From: a virus | Reading direction: 5' to 3' (one strand) | Virus record (IMG/VR): IMGVR_UViG_3300044618_000993 | Location: 2,940 to 66,939 of that record | DNA: 64,000 bases | Shown here: one piece after another, positions 50,109 to 58,609 of the stretch | Position numbering within the stretch: position 1 is the first letter of the stretch | How the letters are laid out: the number at the start of each line of letters is the position of its first letter | Position numbers and translations under genes: made by a program | The notes under the pieces: generated by a model | Told to the model about the DNA's origin: nothing | Database searches by the model: none | The model's input: the letters and a program-made list of their open reading frames with translations, nothing else

Positions 50109-50774
50109 TTATTGAGCGATTACAAATGAAATGATGAAGTAAATGAACACTTCTTTTAAGGTCTTTCTATCGTTGTATTGAGCCTCGTGGGTAGTGTAGT
50201 ATTGCTCTTCGGCAATATAGACTACATTGTCACTTTCTAACCACTCGTTGAACTCCAATATATCGTGCACATTAGGGGCTAATAGTTTAGTCAAGGTCTC
50301 AAGGTTGTAGATTAAAATTTCTTGAGCACTCATACGAAGCCACAATATTTCTTCGTCATCTGTAGCCACTATAGTTGACCACACTTTATTGCACCAATTG
50401 TCAAATACTTCTTGCTCGTCATCGGCCATATCATCACTCCAAGATTGTCTAATAGCCAAACCTTGACAATAAAGGTCATAGATTTTATTGGTAACTTCAG
50501 AAGCAAACTTAATCTCAGTAGAATAGACGGCATTAAGGTATAAATACCTATTCTCATAGATTACATAGTTGTGTAGGCTTTGCTCATCAAATGCAACTAT
50601 GTGGGCATCCGCACCATATGGCATATCAGCATAGTATTGTTGAGCGTCATTAAAGTGCTCAAAGGCTTGGCCATTAGGGGTGATTAAATAACCTTTGTCA
50701 ATTGGTTGGAAGGTAATAGCGTCAATGTGTGCGAATGTGTCGCCGTTAGTTAGGGTGATTGATTTTGTGTTCAT
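50109..50774 (-). CDS. First gene of the leftward early array, hypothetical
   Basis: TATCTTTG promoter element at 50796-50803 (- strand). Confidence 0.6.
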   Translation of the reverse strand: MNTKSITLTNGDTFAHIDAITFQPIDKGYLITPNGQAFEHFNDAQQYYADMPYGADAHIVAFDEQSLHNYVIYENRYLYLNAVYSTEIKFASEVTNKIYDLYCQGLAIRQSWSDDMADDEQEVFDNWCNKVWSTIVATDDEEILWLRMSAQEILIYNLETLTKLLAPNVHDILEFNEWLESDNVVYIAEEQYYTTHEAQYNDRKTLKEVFIYFIISFVIAQ

Positions 50775-50929
50775 AATAATTTATCTTAACGGCAACAAAG
50801 ATAAAGTTATAGAAATCATATAAACAAATACTCACATAAAAAAAATTGAAAATAATTTGCAACTCGCTGAAAATCAGCCGAAAAAAGTTTAAAAAAATCG
50901 ATCCAAATTACCAGCTTTTTGACTAAAAT

Positions 50930-51577
50930 TTATAGTTTCTCAAGGTCATTTTGCCAAAAATTAGTTGTGGCATCTTTGTAGATTTTCGCAAACAAAATAT
51001 TGAACTCATCAAGGGCATTTGAACTCTCTCTTGATAGCCTATAGAACCTATGAGCAAAAGCGTGGGGACTTACTATCTTATTAGTATAGTTATTGACCTC
51101 CAAAGCGGACAACTCAACAAAGTGACCAAAGTATAACAACTCCCTAAACAATTGGGCAAAGTATTTCTTATCTGTCTTTTTAATCTTTAGCAATTGTGAG
51201 CGTTTAAATACCCCATCATTTAAACTACAAACTACCCAAGCATTGAGCAGTATTTCAAAGTGCCTATCGGTCAACCCTTTTAACCCCTCAACCTTACTCC
51301 TAACATCCCAAAGGTATTTCAATACCATAGACACTAAATACCCAAAGGCCAAAGATTGTTTGCCATAGACAACCCCCTCACTAACTGCCTTGACTTTCGC
51401 ATCCCTTCGTTCTAAAGCGTTCTTAACCTTCTTACAATCCATTATATAACGAATAGGGATACTATGCAATAAGGCTAAAGCCTCATCCTTTGTCATTGAA
51501 TCTGTAGGCATAGGATAACTACATTTACCAATAGGCTCAACCATATATGCCCTCTGTTTTATGCTCTTTTTACCCAT
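50930..51577 (-). CDS. Winged-helix (MarR-like) protein
   Basis: LTDRHFEILL...FRELL..G.FVE...FYRLS; start MGKKS after TACATTTG at 51598-51605. Confidence 0.5.
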   Translation of the reverse strand: MGKKSIKQRAYMVEPIGKCSYPMPTDSMTKDEALALLHSIPIRYIMDCKKVKNALERRDAKVKAVSEGVVYGKQSLAFGYLVSMVLKYLWDVRSKVEGLKGLTDRHFEILLNAWVVCSLNDGVFKRSQLLKIKKTDKKYFAQLFRELLYFGHFVELSALEVNNYTNKIVSPHAFAHRFYRLSRESSNALDEFNILFAKIYKDATTNFWQNDLEKL

Positions 51578-51828
51578 AGTCTTTACTATATGAATCGCAA
51601 ATGTACAAACAATATAGTATTTATAGGGTGAAAATTTTTCCAATTTTACGATAGACACAATGTTTGTGAGGGAAACAAGATTCTCTCAGTTAAAAAACCC
51701 TTTGTTTTCAACGCTTTTAGACCCTTCCGCCAGGCAAAACCCTTGTGAGAGTAGGGCTTCAATGCCAGATCTGGCGTACAACCCCTTATTTTATTGGGGG
51801 TTTGGCGTTGGTTCATTTGTCACACAAT

Positions 51829-51856
51829 CTGTCTTATAATCAACATTATGTTAACC
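51829..51856 (+). other. dif-like XerC/XerD recombination site
   Basis: CTGTCTTATAA-TCAACA-TTATGTTAACC; 11-6-11 layout, right arm 9/11 identical to the XerD arm TTATGTTAAAT. Confidence 0.65.
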
Positions 51857-52137
51857 ACTCTATTTCTGTGGGTCAAGCGTTTGCCTTACTCTCGCTTGGG
51901 TTTCCGTTTAGCCCCTCCCCCACTCTATCGGCTTTTTTGCATCCGCTTTGCTTTGGGCTTGAATTATTGAGGCATCCCTATTGAGCATACATAAGGGCTA
52001 AAGTTTTGGAAAACAAATAGGGGGTGGGTGCTATCGTAACTTCTTGTTTTTTAGGCAGTTACAGGTATGGCAGGTTATGTATGTCACCCCACCAGCACAC
52101 TTAGATCTAGGTTATTACATTCAGTACATACCCCTTT

Positions 52138-52224
52138 TGTGAATAACTTAGGTATCAAAAATCCAGCATAGGCTTTCCTTGCCACACGGTGGAGACAACT
52201 TTTTGCCAAATAGGCTGTTGATAA
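52138..52224 (-). promoter_or_regulatory. Two DnaA-box-like sites
   Basis: TTATTCACA (52138-52146, fits TTWTNCACA) and TTATCAACA (52216-52224, 1 mismatch); both share flanking CTTA on the + strand. Confidence 0.5.
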
Positions 52225-52290
52225 CTTAAATGAGGTGGGTGGGTTATGTAAAACAGGGGGTGGGTGTAGTAAAAAGGGGTGTATGGTATA

Positions 52291-52354
52291 CGTAACTGCT
52301 TGATTATCATGCAAAATTTGCTATGTTTTGCTTCCGTTTGCTTCAGTTTGCTTC
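52291..52354. repeat. Second IHF-box plus 4-iteron module
   Basis: cgtaactgcttgattatcat, then TTTGCT at 52317, 52327, 52337 and 52347; AATCAAGCAGTTA on the - strand fits WATCAANNNNTTR. Confidence 0.7.
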
Positions 52355-52415
52355 ACATAAATTATTTTTTAATACTATAGTATATGTTGGATTTTTAATA
52401 TATATTTGCTCCCAC

Positions 52416-52616
52416 ATGAAAACAACAGAGCAGATTGTTGAATTAATCCATCAGATTGAGTTTGATATGGATCAGGTAAATACTCTTATTACTAAACACC
52501 TTAGGAGCGCTGGTAAGGCTGATATAGTTAGTGATGCTTACTTTGATTCACTGGTTGAGGCTAAGGCTGTTTTAGAGGGTAAGATTGAAATACTTAAATG
52601 GGTTATTGAGTTATAG
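52416..52616 (+). CDS. Hypothetical protein (MKTTEQIVEL...LKWVIEL)
   Basis: Start refined by TATATTTG at 52401-52408. Confidence 0.6.
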   Translation: MKTTEQIVELIHQIEFDMDQVNTLITKHLRSAGKADIVSDAYFDSLVEAKAVLEGKIEILKWVIEL

Positions 52617-52623
52617 GTATACT

Positions 52624-52815
52624 ATGAACCAAGTTAGCTTTAAGAAGGAAGGTAACAAATACAGCATTTTGTGCAGCGGATGTGGGGCGGAAATTGTAAA
52701 GCACGCTCAGCTGTCTGACTTTCAACTTAAGAACCTTAAAGACAACCCAGGGATACTATTACCTAAATACTGTAAAAATTGCATAAATGACTATGGAACA
52801 AAGACAAACAGTTAA
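52624..52815 (+). CDS. Small Zn-ribbon protein
   Basis: CSGC...CKNC. Confidence 0.55.
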   Translation: MNQVSFKKEGNKYSILCSGCGAEIVKHAQLSDFQLKNLKDNPGILLPKYCKNCINDYGTKTNS

Positions 52816-52978
52816 ATACTGTATAGACAGATCATTCTCAAAAATTGATGCGGCGGTGGTTTATGCCATCTCTGGTACAAAGTTACTACCTATTATGTAT
52901 CTTAATAAGCCTCAAAGGATGTCTGATGAGGAGTTTAAAATATTGATAGACAAAGTTAGAATACAAATAGAAGAATGA
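52787..52978 (+). CDS. Hypothetical protein
   Basis: ORF in a packed rightward operon. Confidence 0.5.
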   Translation: MTMEQRQTVKYCIDRSFSKIDAAVVYAISGTKLLPIMYLNKPQRMSDEEFKILIDKVRIQIEE

Positions 52979-53121
52979 ATAATACATCTGAAGCAATCGA
53001 TTGGCTGGTAAGTCAGCTGGAAGAAAATGGCTTTCTTTGCATAGAGGGCTATGAAGAGGACTTTCAAGAATTGGTAGAACAAGCAAAACAAATTAAGAAT
53101 GAGCATCAAGGGGTTAATTGA
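52975..53121 (+). CDS. Small hypothetical protein, 48 aa (MNNTSEAIDWLVSQLEE...EQAKQI)
   Basis: Translated by hand; ATGA overlap. Confidence 0.5.
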   Translation: MNNTSEAIDWLVSQLEENGFLCIEGYEEDFQELVEQAKQIKNEHQGVN

Positions 53122-53368
53122 GGAGCACTACGCAGGTCACGTTGAGGATGGGCCGCTATTTGTGGATGGGTTTGATGATGCCCTTATCGGAATATGTCCA
53201 CATACACTAGTGGTGGTTTATTCTAGAAATAAGTGCGCTAAAATATTGAGTGATCAGGAAGGCGTATCTTTAGAGGAGGCTTTGGAAATATTGGAGGTAA
53301 ATTTATTTAGTTTATATAGCGGTGAGTACACACCATTATTTATAGAAGATTTTAATTGGAATGAGTAA
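53099..53368 (+). CDS. Hypothetical protein (DGFDDALIG family)
   Basis: Paralogous to 54482-54733. Confidence 0.65.
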   Translation: MSIKGLIEEHYAGHVEDGPLFVDGFDDALIGICPHTLVVVYSRNKCAKILSDQEGVSLEEALEILEVNLFSLYSGEYTPLFIEDFNWNE

Positions 53369-53780
53369 AATAAAAAATACATATTGGGCAATATATAGGT
53401 GGGTCAAGTGGGAACTGCCTTATGCGCACTACAGTCTATTCTATGGGGTCAAAAATTTGATCAAGTGGTTTAGGCTTATTTGGTCAGACAGAAACTATGA
53501 CTACTCCTTTATGCTTGACATTCTTAAGTTCAAGCTGGAGGGAATGGCGAGTTTGCACAGGGAGCATGGAAACTTTCACAGGGAGAGCAGGATTAAAATA
53601 TGCATCAAACTGATTGACAGGATTCAGAGTGACTTTTATTGGATGCCTCACTACGAGCAGATTAGAACTGACATTAGCATAGCGACTGATTTGGTAGATG
53701 CTTGCAGATCTAAACACAATAAGGCGGTTAAATTGTTATTTAAAATTATGGAGCAGGAAATGGAGACTTGGTGGATATGA
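53361..53780 (+). CDS. Hypothetical protein
   Basis: IWSDRNYDY...KL...TWW motif seen in phage proteins. Confidence 0.65.
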   Translation: MSKIKNTYWAIYRWVKWELPYAHYSLFYGVKNLIKWFRLIWSDRNYDYSFMLDILKFKLEGMASLHREHGNFHRESRIKICIKLIDRIQSDFYWMPHYEQIRTDISIATDLVDACRSKHNKAVKLLFKIMEQEMETWWI

Positions 53781-53989
53781 AAACAAGAACAACACCACTA
53801 GAGGATTTTATAGACGAGCTGGAGATCAGAGGGCTTAAGTTGCCACTTGACTTTGTCAATCACTATTTGCAAAGAGAAGAGGATGCCTTTATCGAGGCGT
53901 ATGACGAGGGCAAAAAAGATGGCATCTTAAACGACGAGGATGTAAACTATTGGGGAGAACAATATTATATAGATACATATGGAGAGTAG
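53777..53989 (+). CDS. Hypothetical protein
   Basis: IEAYDEG...EQYY..TY. Confidence 0.55.
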   Translation: MKTRTTPLEDFIDELEIRGLKLPLDFVNHYLQREEDAFIEAYDEGKKDGILNDEDVNYWGEQYYIDTYGE

Positions 53990-54071
53990 CGTAGAGCAAT
54001 TAGCGATATTTGTGCTTGTTATAATTTTATGCTTTGCAATAATGTCTATAGAAAGAGATTAACTTTGCAGG

Positions 54072-54317
54072 ATGAAAACTACTATGCAAGAATATGTGGA
54101 CTGGCTTAAGGCTCAGACCGCAGCAACAGACCTACACGACTGCCTTAAAAAAGCGCAGTCATTAATAGAAAAAGAAAAGAAGCAGATGATACAAATGGCT
54201 AATCACTGTTTAGCGTCAAGCAGTATATGTACCTGCGGATGCAACAGAATAAACGTAGCCGTTTCACCAGAGAAATATTATGATAAAAAATACGATCAAA
54301 AAGAAAAGACCATATAA
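54072..54317 (+). CDS. Hypothetical protein
   Basis: TAACTTTG-N4-ATG; EKEKKQMI...EKYY. Confidence 0.6.
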   Translation: MKTTMQEYVDWLKAQTAATDLHDCLKKAQSLIEKEKKQMIQMANHCLASSSICTCGCNRINVAVSPEKYYDKKYDQKEKTI

Positions 54318-54456
54318 GAAGTACTTTAAACAACAAGACCTAGCAATGATATTTGGATACAGCAGCCCCAAAAGTTTTTCAGCTACTTCATCTAAGAGAA
54401 GAATCTTAAAGGCTGTAGATGAGATTGTTAAACACATAGAAAAAAAATTACTATGA
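54280..54456 (+). CDS. Small basic HTH-like protein, 58 aa
   Basis: Translated by hand: ...KQQDLAMIFGYSSPKSF... Confidence 0.45.
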   Translation: MIKNTIKKKRPYKKYFKQQDLAMIFGYSSPKSFSATSSKRRILKAVDEIVKHIEKKLL

Positions 54457-54481
54457 AAAATTTTTTGTATATTTGCATCGG

Positions 54482-54733
54482 ATGAAGTTAGTTGACAAAA
54501 TAATGACTGATTACGCAGGAGAGGAGTTAGTATTTGCTAACGGATTTGACAGGGCGGTTTTGGGAATAGAGATGGACTCGTTAAGGATTATATACTCAGT
54601 TAAAAAGTGTATACATATATTAATGAGATCTGGTGACATGGATCACCACGAGGCGTTAGATTTTTTTGACTCAAAGATTGCCAACGTAGACTTAGGACCA
54701 AAGACACCAATATGGTGCGATGATTTAGTATAG
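54482..54733 (+). CDS. Hypothetical protein (DGFD family paralog)
   Basis: FANGFDRAVLG...YSVKKCIHIL...G.KTP; TATATTTG at 54468-54475. Confidence 0.65.
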   Translation: MKLVDKIMTDYAGEELVFANGFDRAVLGIEMDSLRIIYSVKKCIHILMRSGDMDHHEALDFFDSKIANVDLGPKTPIWCDDLV

Positions 54734-54734
54734 T

Positions 54735-54929
54735 ATGTTAGAATTTTCAAGACCAATACCAGTAATAGTAGAAGGAGGCAAGGATGGGTACGCCATATAC
54801 GTATCTGACTCTGGTCCATTTGAAAATGATATATGGTGCGTGGTTTTATGTGAGGGCGGAATAGTGAGACACTACGCTACAGACCAAATTAAAATTCACA
54901 AAAACAGTACATTAACAATAGAAAAATGA
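54735..54929 (+). CDS. Hypothetical protein
   Basis: GYAIYV..SG.FENDIW. Confidence 0.6.
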   Translation: MLEFSRPIPVIVEGGKDGYAIYVSDSGPFENDIWCVVLCEGGIVRHYATDQIKIHKNSTLTIEK

Positions 54930-55315
54930 AAGGCAAATTAAGAAAACAGGAGTACGGATGGGCTATTGAGTATATGGCCTATGACGAAATCTATGGCTCT
55001 AGCCAAGAAATCTATCCTATCACAAAAGATCAGTCAGAGAGAATCTACGACGAGCTTGTTGACTTGGATAAGTTTTATGACTTTGAAGTAAATAGCGCTG
55101 AGGGTGCTATCCTTAAAGATTTTCACTTGGTACCAAACCAATGGAAGATTAGCGTAACATTTAGCATACCTACACTTGGGGTAGCGGTGCCAGTGAAAGT
55201 GTCAGCAGACATGACCGACATTGATCCGTACAAAATACCGCAGGTTATAGGCGAGCTAATGGAAAGGTACAAGGAGAAAAGCCAAGAGCCAATAAACAGG
55301 TATGTCAAGTTATAA
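54926..55315 (+). CDS. Hypothetical protein
   Basis: ATGA-coupled ORF. Confidence 0.55.
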   Translation: MKGKLRKQEYGWAIEYMAYDEIYGSSQEIYPITKDQSERIYDELVDLDKFYDFEVNSAEGAILKDFHLVPNQWKISVTFSIPTLGVAVPVKVSADMTDIDPYKIPQVIGELMERYKEKSQEPINRYVKL

Positions 55316-55541
55316 TACATTGGTAAATTCTTCATACCAAACCTTTGCTATGAAAAAGAAAAACATCGTGGCAGAGGTACACGTTTCAGATAAATTGGTT
55401 AAGTTTGTATTTAATCAATATAGGGATAAGGACACCTACACTGAGTATTATTTTGACGGCAAATTAATAGCCAAAGTACCTAATAATCAGATAGTTGTGT
55501 TCTCAGACTACCAAGATGAGACCCAGACGCATAAAGGATAG
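55302..55541 (+). CDS. Hypothetical protein
   Basis: Packed ORF; start may be at MKKKN. Confidence 0.5.
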   Translation: MSSYNTLVNSSYQTFAMKKKNIVAEVHVSDKLVKFVFNQYRDKDTYTEYYFDGKLIAKVPNNQIVVFSDYQDETQTHKG

Positions 55542-55673
55542 AGACATTGAGCAAAAGGAAGGTAGCGGCTTCGAGTATAGAGGGTACCCAAAAAAGAAAC
55601 GAAAGACCAAAAAGAAGAAAGACAACCCACCACCAGATGGGCCAAATGGATTTATAAGTTTTTACATTATTAC

Positions 55674-55991
55674 ATGAAAACAATATACGGTGTCATAGAG
55701 CCTCCATATTATAAGGTGTTGTTCTATGCTCAAAACAGAGAAACCAAACGTAAGTTTGCAAAGGAGACGGAGATTATGATATCTACGTTCTTACCTATTG
55801 AGATGGAGTTCCTAGGATTATTGTTCGACGAGAACGGCTTATCTTACATGGAGCTATTTACCGCATTTAACACCATCTATAAAGATGAGTGTGATCGATT
55901 GAAAAAGGAACACAAGTTCGAGTACTTAAAATTAAAGCCAGACTATTTTTACAAAGAATACTACCCACATGAGAGTAAAGCCATTAAATAA
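55674..55991 (+). CDS. Hypothetical protein
   Basis: Packed ORF before the GroES-like gene. Confidence 0.55.
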   Translation: MKTIYGVIEPPYYKVLFYAQNRETKRKFAKETEIMISTFLPIEMEFLGLLFDENGLSYMELFTAFNTIYKDECDRLKKEHKFEYLKLKPDYFYKEYYPHESKAIK

Positions 55992-56790
55992 TTTTGTTCT
56001 GCTAAAGGTAAAAGCGGACAATTCAAAGATCAAATTACAAGGAGGACAGATTTTACAATTAGACACTAGCTATGCTGTTGAAAGACACAGTAATGTTGTG
56101 TGCGAGGTTGTTAGCGTTCCAGACAGACTAATCTTCGGTTATTCAACAGACATAGGAGACAGAACAGGCAAGCCATTGCCTAAGCCTCACACTATGGATT
56201 GGAAGTGTGACATGGAGTTAAGAGCTGGCGACGAGGTTATCATTCACTACATGGCCTACGTTAATGCGTTTGGCGATGATAAGCGTGCGTTTATCCTAGA
56301 CGACCAAGAATACTTCTTCTGTCCGTACAGTATGATCTATCTTGCAAAGCGCAGATGGACCAAGACTGAAGAGGATGTGTTTTGGAAGGTAAACACAACA
56401 GCCCCAACTAAAGAGCAAAAAGAACAGTTGTCTATTGTTATAGATGGCGAAAAGATATACAATGTAATTATGTTGAACGGTTATGTACTGTGCCAGCCAA
56501 TTGAAAAAGCATTGACATCTAAGTATCTTGAGCTTCCTGATCACCTAACCAAGACAAACAAGAAAAAAATCAAGGTTTGTTACGTAGGTAAACCTAACCA
56601 AGAATATTTGAACGGTGTATACTATGATATACAAGTAAGCCCTGGTGATGTTATTTATGTGGACAAGTCTATTGACGTTCCGCTAGAAGCAGACGACCAC
56701 AAATCATTTAACGGTGACGAGCCATATTGGAGACTTCAATCTTGCTTGATATATGCAGTCGAATCTAAAGAAGATGTACAGGTTCAATAG
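55969..56790 (+). CDS. GroES-like co-chaperonin with two tandem GroES domains
   Basis: MRVKPLNNFVLLK...VVSVP...LRAGDEV, and a second copy MLNGYVLCQP...VCYVG...VSPGDVI. Confidence 0.75.
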   Translation: MRVKPLNNFVLLKVKADNSKIKLQGGQILQLDTSYAVERHSNVVCEVVSVPDRLIFGYSTDIGDRTGKPLPKPHTMDWKCDMELRAGDEVIIHYMAYVNAFGDDKRAFILDDQEYFFCPYSMIYLAKRRWTKTEEDVFWKVNTTAPTKEQKEQLSIVIDGEKIYNVIMLNGYVLCQPIEKALTSKYLELPDHLTKTNKKKIKVCYVGKPNQEYLNGVYYDIQVSPGDVIYVDKSIDVPLEADDHKSFNGDEPYWRLQSCLIYAVESKEDVQVQ

Positions 56791-56958
56791 AAATCTTGTA
56801 TGGTATTCTAGACATTTGGGATTTAAATGTGTAAAACAGTTTAAGTCACATCCAAGGTTCAGAGATTTTGTAAGCCTTTATTGGGATTTTACGATGAATG
56901 AGTGTGGGTATGACTTAAGCATTCCAATTAGAAACATGGAAATAGAGCTAAGACAAAG

Positions 56959-57384
56959 ATGAACCACAACGAGTACAAACTACAGGTAGCCGTATGTAAG
57001 TTTTTGGAGATGCAATACCCAGAGGCTATATTCTATTCTGACTCAATCTCTAATATTAATCTAACCGTTCCACAGCGTGTTAGAAATAAAGCAATCCAAA
57101 AGAAAAACTTTTCATGTCCTGACTTATTAATATTAGAACCTAGAAATGGTTTTCATGGATTAGCCTTGGAACTAAAAAAAGAAACACCGTACAAACAAAA
57201 CGGTGAACTTAAGAAACAGGTAGTCAAAGTTACCAATAAGGAGAAAAAGGTTATTGAGATTTACGACCATCTTCAAGAGCAGGAACGTGCTTTAAGAACT
57301 TTAAAGTCAAAAGGGTATCAAGCCCACTTCTGTTGGAGTTTAGATATGGCTGTTAAATTAATCAATGAATATATGAAAGAATGA
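56959..57384 (+). CDS. VRR-NUC / PD-(D/E)XK nuclease (possible resolvase)
   Basis: E..LQ...CPDLLI...LALELK...Q......L...GY. Confidence 0.8.
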   Translation: MNHNEYKLQVAVCKFLEMQYPEAIFYSDSISNINLTVPQRVRNKAIQKKNFSCPDLLILEPRNGFHGLALELKKETPYKQNGELKKQVVKVTNKEKKVIEIYDHLQEQERALRTLKSKGYQAHFCWSLDMAVKLINEYMKE

Positions 57385-57944
57385 TCTATACGGACTTTAA
57401 TATATTTTTTAGCGACAACCCTACAGATAATTATAAAGAACTTCATGACCTAGCACAATATGTAGGTATTGATAGAGGTTACCATTGCAATTCTGGTGGT
57501 AGGCTTTATTATATGGTGCGTAAAAAAAGGCGAGTAATCAAAGAGCTTATGTTTAGGAAAGCTATGGTTGTAAGCAAACAAACTACAAAATATTATTTAT
57601 TGAGCGGTCATTTAAACGTAACACTCCATACAGATTTTGAACGATATAAAACAAAAAACTTTTACCAAGATTTGTTTAAACAGATATTAGATTTGTATGA
57701 TATACCATACACAAAACTTAGCATACAAGTCAAAACTTATGCTAATAAAATAACTGCCAAAAATTTCATTGATGATGATTATATAGTTTTTCAAGCTAGC
57801 AATCAATATCCAACTGGTAAATTATTGATTAATCGCAATAATACAATAGAAGAATTAGAGGTGCCATTGTTTGCTAAAAAGGCATTAATAGACAATGCTA
57901 AACCATTATCATTATTAGTTGCTAGAAACAAAATCAAGCAATAA
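57381..57944 (+). CDS. Hypothetical protein
   Basis: 187-aa ORF, ATGA-coupled. Confidence 0.55.
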   Translation: MIYTDFNIFFSDNPTDNYKELHDLAQYVGIDRGYHCNSGGRLYYMVRKKRRVIKELMFRKAMVVSKQTTKYYLLSGHLNVTLHTDFERYKTKNFYQDLFKQILDLYDIPYTKLSIQVKTYANKITAKNFIDDDYIVFQASNQYPTGKLLINRNNTIEELEVPLFAKKALIDNAKPLSLLVARNKIKQ

Positions 57945-57982
57945 TTAACCTATAATGAATTTAAATAGTTAAATTTGCAATA

Positions 57983-58609
57983 ATGGAATTTACACCAGAC
58001 GATTTTAAACGGTTAATGTTTAATGTGTTTGAGGCCGATATGAGCAAGAGTTTTCTTACTCAATTCCCTGAACTTAAATTATATTCTGAGTTTGAGAAAA
58101 AATTAGCTCCGCCATTAGACACAAATAAAATTATCAAATACATAGCATATGTATACGATAAAAACTCACCTTATCGAGTTAAATATAAAGACATAACCCA
58201 AAGAAAGGTTAGGGCAATTATAGACGCAGGCTATGAGCTGGAGGGCAAGACATTTAACAAGGAAGTTGAGGATGTTTTGCAGGGACGCAATCATAAGGTT
58301 GCCGATATGATAGTGGCGTTTATTAAACTACATTGTAATGTAGGGTATGCTCACGTTGTTTTGCTAGAAGCAATGTACTTTCAGATTATGAAAGAAGTAT
58401 TGCTAGGCCAAGTTGCTAAAATTACTGATCTTCAAAAAACAAAAGAGGCTTACGAAGAAGCAATGAACGATGTATTGCAAAATGATCAGGACAAAGGTCT
58501 TATGAAGTCTTTGTACAAATCAATTAACAATGACAAGTTAAGATTAAGTCCAGAAGATATAGCTCACGAATTAAAGGAAAAGGGTAAAGTAGATCTTTCA
58601 GATGAGTAA
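57983..58609 (+). CDS. Putative terminase small subunit
   Basis: Helical, YIAYVYDKNSPY motif, directly upstream of TerL; TAAATTTG at 57970-57977. Confidence 0.55.
   Translation: MEFTPDDFKRLMFNVFEADMSKSFLTQFPELKLYSEFEKKLAPPLDTNKIIKYIAYVYDKNSPYRVKYKDITQRKVRAIIDAGYELEGKTFNKEVEDVLQGRNHKVADMIVAFIKLHCNVGYAHVVLLEAMYFQIMKEVLLGQVAKITDLQKTKEAYEEAMNDVLQNDQDKGLMKSLYKSINNDKLRLSPEDIAHELKEKGKVDLSDE

Noticed and set aside
51745-52314. ORFs 51745-51984 (+) and 52084-52314 (-)
   Set aside because: Atypical composition and overlap with dif/DnaA/IHF-like sites; the region is better explained as non-coding
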